A stretch of DNA of 64,000 bases, taken from assembly GCA_963725665.1 (NCBI GenBank), contig CAVRZA010000001.1, forward strand, positions 128,001 through 192,000, written 5' to 3'. The notes below the pieces were generated by a model that saw only the letters and a list, made by a program, of their open reading frames with translations, made no database searches and had not been told where the DNA came from. Origin of the DNA: an uncultured Actinomycetes bacterium. Lineage in GTDB: Bacteria > Actinomycetota > Thermoleophilia > UBA2241. The position numbers and the translations under genes are program-made. Shown one piece after another: positions 1 to 9,580 of the stretch (positions are counted from its first letter, which is position 1; every line of letters starts with the position of its first letter).

Positions 1-588
1 CTTGCTCCAGATGTGCTTCGGCAGGATGGGTATCCAGAGGCGGAGGATGTTCGCCTTGGGCTTGTCTGTGATCATCTTGACCGTGTAGTCGTCGACTTTG
101 ACCGCTTTGACGATGCCTTTCGCCGGCCCCGAGTAGGCGGGCATCTCGTTGTCGATGATGTAGTTGTAGGTGAAGACCACGTCGTCGGCTGTTAGAGGCA
201 CGCCGTCCTGCCACTTGATGTTCTTGTGAAGGTGAAAGGTCCAGGTCTTGCCGTCGGCCGAGGACTCCCAGCTCTCGGCGATGCCGTCGGGTCCGGGACC
301 ACAGTCCTGCGGGCGGTGCTCCACCAGGAAGTCGTAGTTCTGCACGAACACCTCGTAGACCGGCAGCGCGTAGCCGATGAACGGATTGAGGTTGTCTACG
401 TCTTCGAACGCATACCCGATGCGAAGGACGACCTTGTTGCCGCTCGCAGGCGAAGCGCTCGGGCTGGCTGCGAAGATGACGTGAGTCCCCGCAAGCACGA
501 GCAGGGCCACGACGATGAAGGCCAAGCCGATCCAGGCTAGCCGTCGCTTCCCGGGCGACGGCTTGGTGCTGTCGAACGACGTTTCCAT
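1..588 (-). CDS. ABC transporter substrate-binding protein, family 5 (N-terminal part; runs off window edge)
   Basis: Manually translated from ATG at 588 with GGGGG RBS: METSFDSTKPSPGKRRLAWIGLAFIVVALLV...DNLNPFIGY...AESWESSADGKTWTFHLHKNIKWQDGVPLTADDVVFTY, a classic SBP_bac_5 motif. Not in the ORF track. Confidence 0.88.
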   Translation of the reverse strand, partial: METSFDSTKPSPGKRRLAWIGLAFIVVALLVLAGTHVIFAASPSASPASGNKVVLRIGYAFEDVDNLNPFIGYALPVYEVFVQNYDFLVEHRPQDCGPGPDGIAESWESSADGKTWTFHLHKNIKWQDGVPLTADDVVFTYNYIIDNEMPAYSGPAKGIVKAVKVDDYTVKMITDKPKANILRLWIPILPKHIWSK

Positions 589-599
589 GAGCGAACCCC

Positions 600-2369
600 C
601 TAACAGATGACAGGCAGAGTGATGCACGACGCCCTTGTTGCGTCGTGGCAGACGGTCTGTCGCGCCGGCCGGAGCTGGGCGTCCATTCCGAAGTCGTGCC
701 CGGTGTTGGGGTTGCGATCGTAGCGGTCGAAGTTGCTGCTCGAGATCTCCAACCGCAGGCGGTGTCCGGCCTTGAAGAGATAGCCCGTCGCCGTGAGGTC
801 TACCGCGAACTCGTAGATGCGGCCGGGATCGATCAGCGTCGGTGAGGTGTCCGATTCGCGGAAACGCGCCCGTCTGATGCCCTCCTGGACGAGCTGCGAG
901 TAGCCATCGGGCCAGACGTCGACCAGGGCGGCGGTGAAGTCCGTGTCGGGGGCGCTCGAGGACGCCCACAGGGTCACCGACAGCGGCCCCACCACCTCGA
1001 GATCTGAGGAGAGGGGTGGTGAGGTGTAGACGAGGACATCTGGTCGATCTTCGACGGGGCGGCGGTCTTGCATGTGGCGCGCGACCTCCCACGGATTCTT
1101 GCCGGCCCAGTAGTCGACTGGCCTGGCGGGGTCGTAGACGAAACCATCCGCCGGCTCGTCGCCGGGCGGTTCCGGCGAGAGCTCTCCGTCACCACGAAGG
1201 CTCATCGCGTTGCCGGCGCTGTGGAGGTAGTACTGGACGAACACGGTGCCCGGCAGGGGGAATACGTCGCCTTCGCGCCACCGGTTGGCTCCCACGACGA
1301 AGAGGCGCACGCGCTTCGTGTCGGCGAAGCCGGTCTCCGCCCCGCGCAGCCAGTGGTCGAAGAACTCCTGTACGCGGTCGTAGGTGAATCCATGCCCCTC
1401 TACCTTGATCCTGCCAATGCGGCCGGTACGGTCTGGTGTCGTCTCGTGGTCGTTGGGGCTGATGACGAGCCACTGGTTGGCGCGGGCCTCTTCGTTTCGG
1501 CAGCGTTGCTGAACGTCCCGCCATCCCCAGAGCACGCCGCGCAGCAGGACGTCGTACCAGCCACTCCAGTGCAGAACGGGGATATCGAGCGTCTCGCTCG
1601 CGTCCGTCAAGTCGAGGGCATCCCAGAATCCTCCTCTGGTGGGGTTGCGAATCGCGTCGGCGAACAGCTTGCCCGGCAACCCGGCAGCTTCGGCCAGCGA
1701 GACCAGCGGGAGATGCGATGTGTCAATGCGGTACTTGTTCGAGGTGCGGCGACCGGCTTCTTCGGCGAACCACACTCCCTCGGATGAGAGACAGAAGGCA
1801 CCGCCCTCGTAGACGTTGTCGTACTCGTCCAAGGCTATGTCGCCGGGAGCGATGCACGTCAGCCCAGGGTGGTGAGATCTCGCTGCAGCCCACGAAGTAT
1901 GGCCGTAGTATGACTCCCCTGTCACGCCGATCTTGCCGTCACACCAAGGCTGGTGCGTGATCCACTCAATGGTGTCGTAGCCATCGTCCGTCTCGCGGCG
2001 GAAGGCCTCGAACTCGCCTTCCGAAAGGAACTTGCCACGTACATCTTGGACAATGCACACGTAGCCCTTGCGTGCCCAGAACCTGCCGTGCGCGGGCATT
2101 CTGCAGTACGGCTCACCCTTTCCGTACGGCAGACGGACGACCACGACCGGTAGGGCCGCGGGACGGTTTTCCGCCTCGGGCTGATAGATGTCGGCGAACA
2201 GCCTCACGCCGTCCCGCATCGGAACCGCGACGTTCTTGGAGACGCTCACGCGAGAGTAGACATCCGGGGTCTCGGTCGGCAACTCGTCGAACGGCAAGGC
2301 GATGTGCTTCCTGAGGCCGGTGCGCCCCCGCGCCATCAGCCACTTGAGGTCAGCTCTCACGTGGCTCAT
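600..2369 (-). CDS. CocE/NonD family hydrolase (S15 alpha/beta hydrolase with C-terminal jelly-roll)
   Basis: VPMRDGVRL, RLPYGK, QDVRGKFLSEG, nucleophile GESYYG, C-terminal GHRLRLEISSSNFDRYDRNPNTG. Confidence 0.93.
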   Translation of the reverse strand: MSHVRADLKWLMARGRTGLRKHIALPFDELPTETPDVYSRVSVSKNVAVPMRDGVRLFADIYQPEAENRPAALPVVVVRLPYGKGEPYCRMPAHGRFWARKGYVCIVQDVRGKFLSEGEFEAFRRETDDGYDTIEWITHQPWCDGKIGVTGESYYGHTSWAAARSHHPGLTCIAPGDIALDEYDNVYEGGAFCLSSEGVWFAEEAGRRTSNKYRIDTSHLPLVSLAEAAGLPGKLFADAIRNPTRGGFWDALDLTDASETLDIPVLHWSGWYDVLLRGVLWGWRDVQQRCRNEEARANQWLVISPNDHETTPDRTGRIGRIKVEGHGFTYDRVQEFFDHWLRGAETGFADTKRVRLFVVGANRWREGDVFPLPGTVFVQYYLHSAGNAMSLRGDGELSPEPPGDEPADGFVYDPARPVDYWAGKNPWEVARHMQDRRPVEDRPDVLVYTSPPLSSDLEVVGPLSVTLWASSSAPDTDFTAALVDVWPDGYSQLVQEGIRRARFRESDTSPTLIDPGRIYEFAVDLTATGYLFKAGHRLRLEISSSNFDRYDRNPNTGHDFGMDAQLRPARQTVCHDATRASCITLPVIC

Positions 2370-2455
2370 GCGCCCTCCCTCCGGCTCCTCTTCGCTTCTC
2401 TGGTTCCATGCCAGCCCCCGCCCCCAGCAAGGCTGGCCGTGGAGAAACTCGCTCC

Positions 2456-3358
2456 CTAGGACGACCTGACAGTGTCCTCAAACCAATCGAGCACGCGAAG
2501 GAACTGCGCGCACGAGCAATCATCCGCGAGCACGTTCAGTGGCACGGACGGGCGTAGATCGATAACGGAGTCGGGGAGGGCAAAGTGCCTCACCCCGTTC
2601 AGACGCTCGAGCGCTTCGAGCCTACGGGACCTCTCGTAGAAGAGCGGCGAGTTGCTCAGCTGACGGAAGAGAAGGACCACGGTTCCATCGGTTCGGACGC
2701 TGGCCAGCTGGTGGGAGAAGCCGCCATTGGGGATCGTTGGAGAGAACGAGCCACACTGCCGCCCCGTACCCCAGCTCACGGTGGCACCGCGAGCCAGAGC
2801 CCAGTCAAGAATCGCCTTGGCTGGCGCTAGTGATGTTGGGTTCCACGTGCACAACTCGCGTAGGAATGATTCCTGATCCCAGTGTCGCCTCTCACCGCCG
2901 GGCGGCACCCGACCGACCAGCGACCACAAGGCGATCTGGAACGTCTCGAGCTGTCGTCGAAACCAGCTGAAGTGCTCGGACCAGGCCGCCAAATCAAGGA
3001 GATCCCCCCGCCTCCGAATCTCGATCACATGGGAGTTCGTCCCGCCCGGTCGCCAGGTGGGCGCCTGCTCGAAGCCAGCCTCCACCTCTTCCCGATGCGC
3101 CAGAAGAAAGGAGAACACAGTGTCGGCATCAGCGTCGTTGAGCGTGTACTTGACGCCGATCTCGCCGAGACGAACGCGGATCATCGACAGCAGGTTGCCG
3201 GTCGTGAGATCGGCGTTGTGCCACATCCAGCCGTCCATGGTGGCGCGGGCGCAGTGAACGCTGCTGGAGTCCTCCATGTAGCGCTTGAAGCTGCTCCAGA
3301 AGTCATGGCGCAGCTGCGGAACGCTGACACCGCCGACCCGCAGCGCCTGCACTGGCAT
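2456..3358 (-). CDS. DUF4268-like domain plus a second domain resembling the C-termini of endonuclease-associated proteins
   Basis: LRHDFWSSF...FSFLLAHREEVEAGF...W...AWSEHFSWF resembles DUF4268. Second half reads WDQESFL...SWGTG..GSF...RPSVPL..L. Start codon uncertain (ATG 3358 chosen). Confidence 0.6.
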   Translation of the reverse strand: MPVQALRVGGVSVPQLRHDFWSSFKRYMEDSSSVHCARATMDGWMWHNADLTTGNLLSMIRVRLGEIGVKYTLNDADADTVFSFLLAHREEVEAGFEQAPTWRPGGTNSHVIEIRRRGDLLDLAAWSEHFSWFRRQLETFQIALWSLVGRVPPGGERRHWDQESFLRELCTWNPTSLAPAKAILDWALARGATVSWGTGRQCGSFSPTIPNGGFSHQLASVRTDGTVVLLFRQLSNSPLFYERSRRLEALERLNGVRHFALPDSVIDLRPSVPLNVLADDCSCAQFLRVLDWFEDTVRSS

Positions 3359-3615
3359 GCTTCCTTGCACTGATGTCCCCCTCGGACGTCGACCGACGCA
3401 CGACGTCCAGCGCCGGAGGTAGGGCCACGTGGCGCTCGGCCCCCGTTCGACCCTCGACACTCCGATAATGCACAAATTCGCTCGGAACGCAACGGCGGCT
3501 GCCGCGTGAGGCTTGAGCGCACTCCCAAGCTTCTTCCAGAGGTGTTGCGTTCCGAGCGGTCTCGTGCATAGTCGGGCGCGAGGCGTACCTGCGGCAGAAC
3601 GAAGGGGGTAGTCGG

Positions 3616-5037
3616 GTGACCGGAATGTTCTTCAGCGTCTGGGATCAAAGGGCCTGCCAGCGGGTTCACGACGCCACTCTCGAGGTCCTCGCCGAGACTG
3701 GCGTCGACGTGCTGCACGAAGAGGCCCGCAAGTTGCTGGCTTCGGCGGGGGCAAGGGTCGAGGGCACCCGCGTGTTCATCGACGCCGGGCTAGTGGACGA
3801 GGCACTTGCCAGTGCCCCTCGCGCCTTCACGTTGAGCTCGCGCGGAGGGAACGCACCGCTCGCGGTCCGCGATGGAGAGTGCTACTTCGGGACCGGGTCG
3901 GACTGCCTGTTCCACCGCGATCTGGCCACCGGCGAGCGTCGCCGTGTGCTCAATGCCGACATCGAGGGCATGGCGGCACTCTGCGAGAAGCTGCCGAACA
4001 TCGACTTCGTCATGTCCATGGGCCTACCCGACGATGTACCCCTGGCCCTTGATGATGTCGTTCCCTTTGCCGCCATGCTCGCCGGGACCACGAAGCCGTT
4101 CATCATCACCCCACGGGACGGCGCGGTGTTGCCCACAATGCTCGAAATGGCAGCGCTCTGTGGCGAGGCAAACAGCTTTGTTGTCTACAGCATGCCGGCG
4201 CCGCCGCTGCGGCACGACTACGTGGCGGTCGACAAGCTTGTCGCCAGTGCGCGTCTTGGCATCCCGGCCTTGTATGGTCCGGCTCCGCATGCCGGAGCAA
4301 GCGCGCCGAGCTCGGTGGCCGCCGTTACCGTCGTCGGCAACGCTGAGGTCCTAAGCGGACTGGTCATCAATCAGCTTGCGAACCCTGGGGCGCCGTTCAT
4401 CTACGGGGCATATGTCTATGCCCTGAGCATGCGCACCAGCTCCGAGGTCTACTGCTCGCCGGAGGCCTATGCGGGCCAGTTCGCGCAGTGCGATCTCGCC
4501 AGGTTCTACGGGCTGCCGAGCTTCGGCTACGGAGGAGTCACCGACTCCAAGACGCTCGATGAGCAGTGGAGCGCCGAGTCCGCCATCACGGTCATTCTCG
4601 GCGCTCTTTCGCGGGCGACTCTGATCCATGACGTCGGCTACATGGAAGCTGGGATGCAGAGCTCCTATGAGTCGATCGTCCTCGGCGAGGAGTTGATCGC
4701 CTATGCGCGTGCACTGCTGCGCGAGGTTCGTGTCGACGATGAGGCCTTGGCGCTCGACGAGATCAAGGCAGTCGGGCCGGGCGGCAACCATCTGGCACGG
4801 CCCTACACTCGCAAACACCACCGGGAGTTCTTCGACCCCCAGCTGCTCGACAAGCGCGTCTACGATAGGTGGTTGAATTCGGGCGGTCATACGCTGGGCA
4901 ACCGTGTACACGAGAGAACCCTGGCGCTGACTCAGGAACCGCGAGCCTTCGAGTTGGAGCCAAGCGTACGTCGGCAGCTCGACGAGATGGCGGCGAGGAT
5001 ACGGCCTGAGGAGCGCACGGTTGTATCTGCCGGCTGA
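3616..5037 (+). CDS. mttB: Trimethylamine methyltransferase (MttB) family corrinoid methyltransferase, non-pyrrolysine
   Basis: VHDATLEVLAETGV, NAEVLSGLVINQLANPGAPFIYG, GLPSFGYGGVTDSK, IKAVGPGGNHL; no in-frame TAG. Confidence 0.92.
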   Translation: MTGMFFSVWDQRACQRVHDATLEVLAETGVDVLHEEARKLLASAGARVEGTRVFIDAGLVDEALASAPRAFTLSSRGGNAPLAVRDGECYFGTGSDCLFHRDLATGERRRVLNADIEGMAALCEKLPNIDFVMSMGLPDDVPLALDDVVPFAAMLAGTTKPFIITPRDGAVLPTMLEMAALCGEANSFVVYSMPAPPLRHDYVAVDKLVASARLGIPALYGPAPHAGASAPSSVAAVTVVGNAEVLSGLVINQLANPGAPFIYGAYVYALSMRTSSEVYCSPEAYAGQFAQCDLARFYGLPSFGYGGVTDSKTLDEQWSAESAITVILGALSRATLIHDVGYMEAGMQSSYESIVLGEELIAYARALLREVRVDDEALALDEIKAVGPGGNHLARPYTRKHHREFFDPQLLDKRVYDRWLNSGGHTLGNRVHERTLALTQEPRAFELEPSVRRQLDEMAARIRPEERTVVSAG

Positions 5038-5087
5038 CGTCGTCGTGCGTGTCTGTGCACCCTGTAGCCAATAGTCGGGAGGTTGAC

Positions 5088-5738
5088 GTGAGCGACGAGT
5101 TGTTCGCGAAGATGAAGCAGACCGTGATCGACGGCGAGGTCGAGGAAGCGGCCGCCCTGGCGCAGCAAGGCCTCGACGCCGGCCTCTCGCCCACCGACAT
5201 CCTCGACTCCGGTTTCGTCAAGGGCATCGAGGAGGTCGGTGACCTCTTCGGCAAGGGCGAGTTCTTCCTCCCCGAGCTGGTGCAGGGTGCCGAGGCCATG
5301 AAGGCCGCCGTGGGTGTCCTGCAACCCGAGTTCGACAGAAGCAAGGTGGGCCGCAAGGTCACCGGCGTGGCCGTCGCCGGCACGGTGGCCGGCGACATCC
5401 ACGAGATCGGCAAGACGATCGTCTGCTCGATGCTCTCGGCGGCCGGCTTCGAGGTCTACGACGCCGGCTGCGACGTGCCCGTGGAGACCTTCATCACGCA
5501 GGTGCGCGAGAAGCAGCCCGACCTGCTGCTGCTCTCCGCTCTTCTAACGACCACCATGCCCAACCAGCAGAAGACCATCCAGGCCTTAAAGGACGCCGGT
5601 CTGCGCGCGGGCGTCAAGGTGATGATCGGCGGCGCCCCCACGACGCGCGCCTGGGCCGACGAGATCGGCGCCGACGGCTACGCCGAGGACGCCATCGAGG
5701 CCGTGGTTGCCGCCAAGAAGCTGGTCGGCGCCGCCTAG
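5088..5738 (+). CDS. Methyltransferase cognate corrinoid (B12-binding) protein, MttC/MtaC-like
   Basis: GEFFLPEL, GTVAGDIHEIGK, SALLTTTM, KVMIGGAP, GADGYAEDA; GGGAGG RBS before GTG 5088. Confidence 0.95.
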   Translation: MSDELFAKMKQTVIDGEVEEAAALAQQGLDAGLSPTDILDSGFVKGIEEVGDLFGKGEFFLPELVQGAEAMKAAVGVLQPEFDRSKVGRKVTGVAVAGTVAGDIHEIGKTIVCSMLSAAGFEVYDAGCDVPVETFITQVREKQPDLLLLSALLTTTMPNQQKTIQALKDAGLRAGVKVMIGGAPTTRAWADEIGADGYAEDAIEAVVAAKKLVGAA

Positions 5739-5996
5739 CCTACCCGACTGATCTCGAAAGGGAGAGTGGCTAGAGCAGACGAACCACCAGCGGTCTGCCC
5801 CGCACCATCCGGGCCTCTGGCTCACGCATTCGGCGCGATTGCTGCCACAGGAGAGTCGCATGTTAGGCTTTGCCAAACAGGGCGAGCGGTTGCCGGGGGA
5901 TGGCCAGCCGAGCCAGCTTGGACGGGGGAGGCCTATGGGCTAGAGCCGCTCTCCGCAGGTGAGCCGAAGAAGCAGCGGACACTCTAGGGGGAAACC

Positions 5997-7604
5997 ATGG
6001 AAGACCATGAGTACGGTGTTCCCGGGGATGCAGAAGGCTTCGAAGGGAAGTACACGCGGGCGCAGGTGCTGAAGGGAGCTGCCGGCCTGGGAGCGGCGGT
6101 GACTCTCGGCTCGCTCCTTGCCGCCTGTGGCTCATCGTCAAGCAGCACGACATCGGCTTCGCCGAGCGCGGGCGCCAAGAAGGGCGGCGACCTGCTTGTG
6201 GGAGTTTCCGCCGGTTCAGCCAAGGACACCCTCGATGCTCAGATGTCCATCAACGAGCCGGACATCGCGCGGCAGTTCGAGCTCTACGATACTCTCATCG
6301 GGCGTGATCGGAACTTCCAGATGGTCAATCTCCTGGCCGAGGAGGTCACTCCGTCGCCCGACGCGCTGTCGTGGACGGTGAGGCTGAAAGACGGACTCGA
6401 GTTCCACAATGGAAAGACCGTCACGGCCGACGATGTGGTCTTCAGCTTCAGACGCATCCTGGACCCCAAGGACCTCAAGGCCGGCGCTGAGTTTCTGCAG
6501 GGATTGAAGCCGTCCGGGATCAAGAAGCTTGATGACCGCACCGTACAGTTCAACCTCGAAAAGCCAAATGCCGTCTTCGACAGTGGCCTGTCGTACTACC
6601 AGAACTCGATCATCCCTATTGGCTACGATCCCAAGAAGCCTATCGGGACGGGGGCGTTCAAGTTCACGAGCTGGCGTCCTGGCATCGACAGCGACTTCGC
6701 TCGCTTCGACAACTACTGGGGCGAGGTGGCCAACGTCGACTCTGTGAAGACCATCGAGTTCAGCGAAGAAACCGCTCGAGTGAACGCGCTGCTAAGCGGC
6801 GATGTACACATGATTTCGAATCTGCCAGGGTCGCAGATCAAGGTGGTTCAGGCGGATTCCGGCCTCCGCGTTCTCAACGCGCGTGGCGGCGGTTGGATTC
6901 CTTTCACCATGCGGGTCGACATACCGCCGTTCAACGACGTACGCGTCCGCCAGGCCATGAGGCTCATCGTCGATCGGCCTCAGATGCTCCAGCTTGCCTT
7001 GAGCAACCAGGGCTGGCTCGGCAACGACATGTACGCGCCCTTCGACCCCGTGTATGCATCCGACCTGCCTCAAAGAGTCCAGGACCTCGAGCAGGCTAAG
7101 TCCCTCCTCCAGCAGGCCGGTCAGAGCGACCTCAGGGTGGAGCTGCCGACGACGACGGACTACATTGGCTTCCCGGAGTCGGCTCAGGTGATCAGCGAGC
7201 AGGCGAAGGCGGCCGGCGTGACGATCAGCGTGAAGAAGCTGGATTCGGGCACCTACTGGGATGGCTACCTCAAGTTCCCCTTCGCCCAGGACTGGTGGTA
7301 CACACGCGACTATCTGCTGCAGACTGCAGCGGGCACCTTGCCGAACGCCCCCTACAACGAGACTCACTGGAATGACAAGGAGTGGCTGAGCCTCGTCAGA
7401 GAGGCCTTTCGGACGGTCGACGTCGACAAGCGCAAGGAGCTGTGCCACGCGGCGCAGGTCATCGAGTATGAGCGCGGTGGCTACATCGTCTGGAGCTTCA
7501 ACAACCAGGTCGACGCGTACAACACGAAGGTGCAAGGCGTCTATCAGGACAAGTCCGGCATCCCTCTGATGAGCTGGCATTTCAACACCGTGTGGCTGGC
7601 GTGA
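5997..7604 (+). CDS. ABC transporter substrate-binding lipoprotein, family 5, with Tat-like signal
   Basis: YTRAQVLKG...LLAAC lipobox; FHNGKTVTADDVVFS; PFNDVRVRQAM. Confidence 0.93.
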   Translation: MEDHEYGVPGDAEGFEGKYTRAQVLKGAAGLGAAVTLGSLLAACGSSSSSTTSASPSAGAKKGGDLLVGVSAGSAKDTLDAQMSINEPDIARQFELYDTLIGRDRNFQMVNLLAEEVTPSPDALSWTVRLKDGLEFHNGKTVTADDVVFSFRRILDPKDLKAGAEFLQGLKPSGIKKLDDRTVQFNLEKPNAVFDSGLSYYQNSIIPIGYDPKKPIGTGAFKFTSWRPGIDSDFARFDNYWGEVANVDSVKTIEFSEETARVNALLSGDVHMISNLPGSQIKVVQADSGLRVLNARGGGWIPFTMRVDIPPFNDVRVRQAMRLIVDRPQMLQLALSNQGWLGNDMYAPFDPVYASDLPQRVQDLEQAKSLLQQAGQSDLRVELPTTTDYIGFPESAQVISEQAKAAGVTISVKKLDSGTYWDGYLKFPFAQDWWYTRDYLLQTAAGTLPNAPYNETHWNDKEWLSLVREAFRTVDVDKRKELCHAAQVIEYERGGYIVWSFNNQVDAYNTKVQGVYQDKSGIPLMSWHFNTVWLA

Positions 7605-7688
7605 CGAGGCTTGGTCAAAGCGCATCGTGAGTCTCTCAACGGCCGGGCGGTCAGACCGGCGCGCGACCAGGATTCAGCGGAGGACTAG

Positions 7689-8648
7689 GTGGGATTTGCC
7701 AAGCTAGTCCTCCGCCGCGTGGCGCTGGGAGTGCTCACTCTCTTTCTGGTCTCTGTACTCGTGTTCGCCGCGACACAAGCTCTGCCCGGTGACGCCGCCA
7801 AGGCCATCTTGGGCAAGTCGGGGACGCCGGACCGAGTCGCCGCACTTCGGGAGAGACTGGGACTCGACCGGCCCAAGACGACTCAGTACTTTGTGTGGCT
7901 GAAAGGCACTGTGAGAGGCGACTTCGGCACGTCCCTTGCGCAAGGCACCAGCGTCGCCAGTCTGCTCAGTTTCCGTCTCAAGAACTCCGCCGTGCTCGTT
8001 CTCCTAGCAGGTCTGATCAGCGTGCCGATCTCGATACTGGTCGGTGCTTGGACGGCGTACCGGCGAGACGGCCCCTTTGACACCACTCACTCGATTGTCA
8101 GCCTCATCCTGGCCTCGCTGCCAGAGTTCGTCATCGGCATCCTGCTGATCATGCTGCTCTCGACGCAGGTCTTTCACATCTACCCAGCGATATCGAGGAT
8201 TCCGTCGGGTTCATCCGTCTGGAGCGAGCCGGACCGACTTGTGCTGCCGATACTGGCCCTTGTCCTCTCGGTGCAGCCCTACATCAGCCGCATCCTGCGG
8301 GCTTCTATGATTGACGTGCTGGAGAGCGACTACGTGCAGATGGCGCGGCTGAAGGGCCTCAGGGAATGGACGGTAGTAGCGCGATACGCTCTGCCCAACG
8401 GCCTTGCGCCCACCATCCAGGCCACGGCTCTCTCTCTTGCCTGGCTGGCCGGTGGCATTGTCGTCATCGAGTATCTGTTCGCCTTTCCAGGGATAGGCTC
8501 GCTCTACGTCGACGCTGTGGGCAGTCGGGACCTGCCTGTCATCCAAGCCATCACGCTGCTCATTGCAGCCATCTACATCGTTCTCAACCTCACCGCGGAC
8601 ATCATCACGATCTTGATCACCCCCCGCCTCAGGACGGGTCTCCAGTGA
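7689..8648 (+). CDS. ABC permease, DppB/OppB-like
   Basis: Hydrophobic TMs; SMIDVLESDYVQMARLKGL loop; RDLPVIQ. Confidence 0.93.
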   Translation: MGFAKLVLRRVALGVLTLFLVSVLVFAATQALPGDAAKAILGKSGTPDRVAALRERLGLDRPKTTQYFVWLKGTVRGDFGTSLAQGTSVASLLSFRLKNSAVLVLLAGLISVPISILVGAWTAYRRDGPFDTTHSIVSLILASLPEFVIGILLIMLLSTQVFHIYPAISRIPSGSSVWSEPDRLVLPILALVLSVQPYISRILRASMIDVLESDYVQMARLKGLREWTVVARYALPNGLAPTIQATALSLAWLAGGIVVIEYLFAFPGIGSLYVDAVGSRDLPVIQAITLLIAAIYIVLNLTADIITILITPRLRTGLQ

Positions 8649-9580
8649 GCGGGAGCGGCCTCGAGCTAGGCGAAGGGATCATCGGCCCCGGCTTCGAGGA
8701 GGTGCCGGCGCCGAGCGCCCGGGGCGTCCGCCGCCGCCGGGAGTGGGTGCAGCTGCTGCGCGACGCCCTCCACTACCGGCGCACGCAGGTCGGTCTGGCG
8801 CTGTTCCTCTTCATCGCCGCCCTAGCCGCATTTGGCCCTCTTGTGGCGCCGCACTCGCCGTATGAGTTCATCACGGCGCCCTTCGCTGCCCCTTCGGCCG
8901 TTGCCCGCTTGGGCGGCGACAACCTCGGCCGTGACGTGCTTTCCCGCGTGCTCTACGGTGGCCGCTCGGTGCTCATTCTCTCAATCATCGCCACCGCCGT
9001 GGGCATGATTATCGGCGTCTCTCTGGGCCTCATCGCCGGCTACGCCCGGGAGGCCGTCGACGACGTCATCATGCGCCTGCTCGACGTGCTGCTCGCCTTC
9101 CCGCAGATCGTCTTCGTGCTCTTGCTGGTCTCGGTGCTCGGGCCGCGCCTGTGGCTCATCGTGCTCACTGTGGGCCTCTCGCACGCGCCCCGCATTGCGC
9201 GCGTGATACGCGGCGCTGCGCTGGACGTCAGGGAGCGCGACTTCGTCAAGGCGGCCGAGTCGCTGGGGGTCTCGCGATTGAAGATTCTTCTTGGGGAGAT
9301 CCTGCCCATGATCACAAGCCCCCTGCTGGTGGAGTTCGGCCTGCGCCTGACCTACTCCGTCGGGATCATCGCCGCCCTCTCCTTCCTGGGCTTCGGCCTG
9401 CAGCCGCCCTCGGCCGACTGGGGCTTAATGATCAATGAGAACCGCATGGGTCTGGCCATCCAGCCGTACTCCGTCTTCGTGCCCGTCGCCCTGATCGCCG
9501 TGCTTACCATCGGCGTCAACCTGGCCACCGACGGCTTGACGCGGGCCATGATCGGCATCGAGCGAGACACGGGGGCATGA
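8645..9580 (+). CDS. ABC permease, DppC/OppC-like
   Basis: GTG overlaps upstream TGA; LGGDNLGRDVLSRVLYG, DFVKAAESLG, LGFGLQPPSADWG. Confidence 0.92.
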   Translation: MSGSGLELGEGIIGPGFEEVPAPSARGVRRRREWVQLLRDALHYRRTQVGLALFLFIAALAAFGPLVAPHSPYEFITAPFAAPSAVARLGGDNLGRDVLSRVLYGGRSVLILSIIATAVGMIIGVSLGLIAGYAREAVDDVIMRLLDVLLAFPQIVFVLLLVSVLGPRLWLIVLTVGLSHAPRIARVIRGAALDVRERDFVKAAESLGVSRLKILLGEILPMITSPLLVEFGLRLTYSVGIIAALSFLGFGLQPPSADWGLMINENRMGLAIQPYSVFVPVALIAVLTIGVNLATDGLTRAMIGIERDTGA

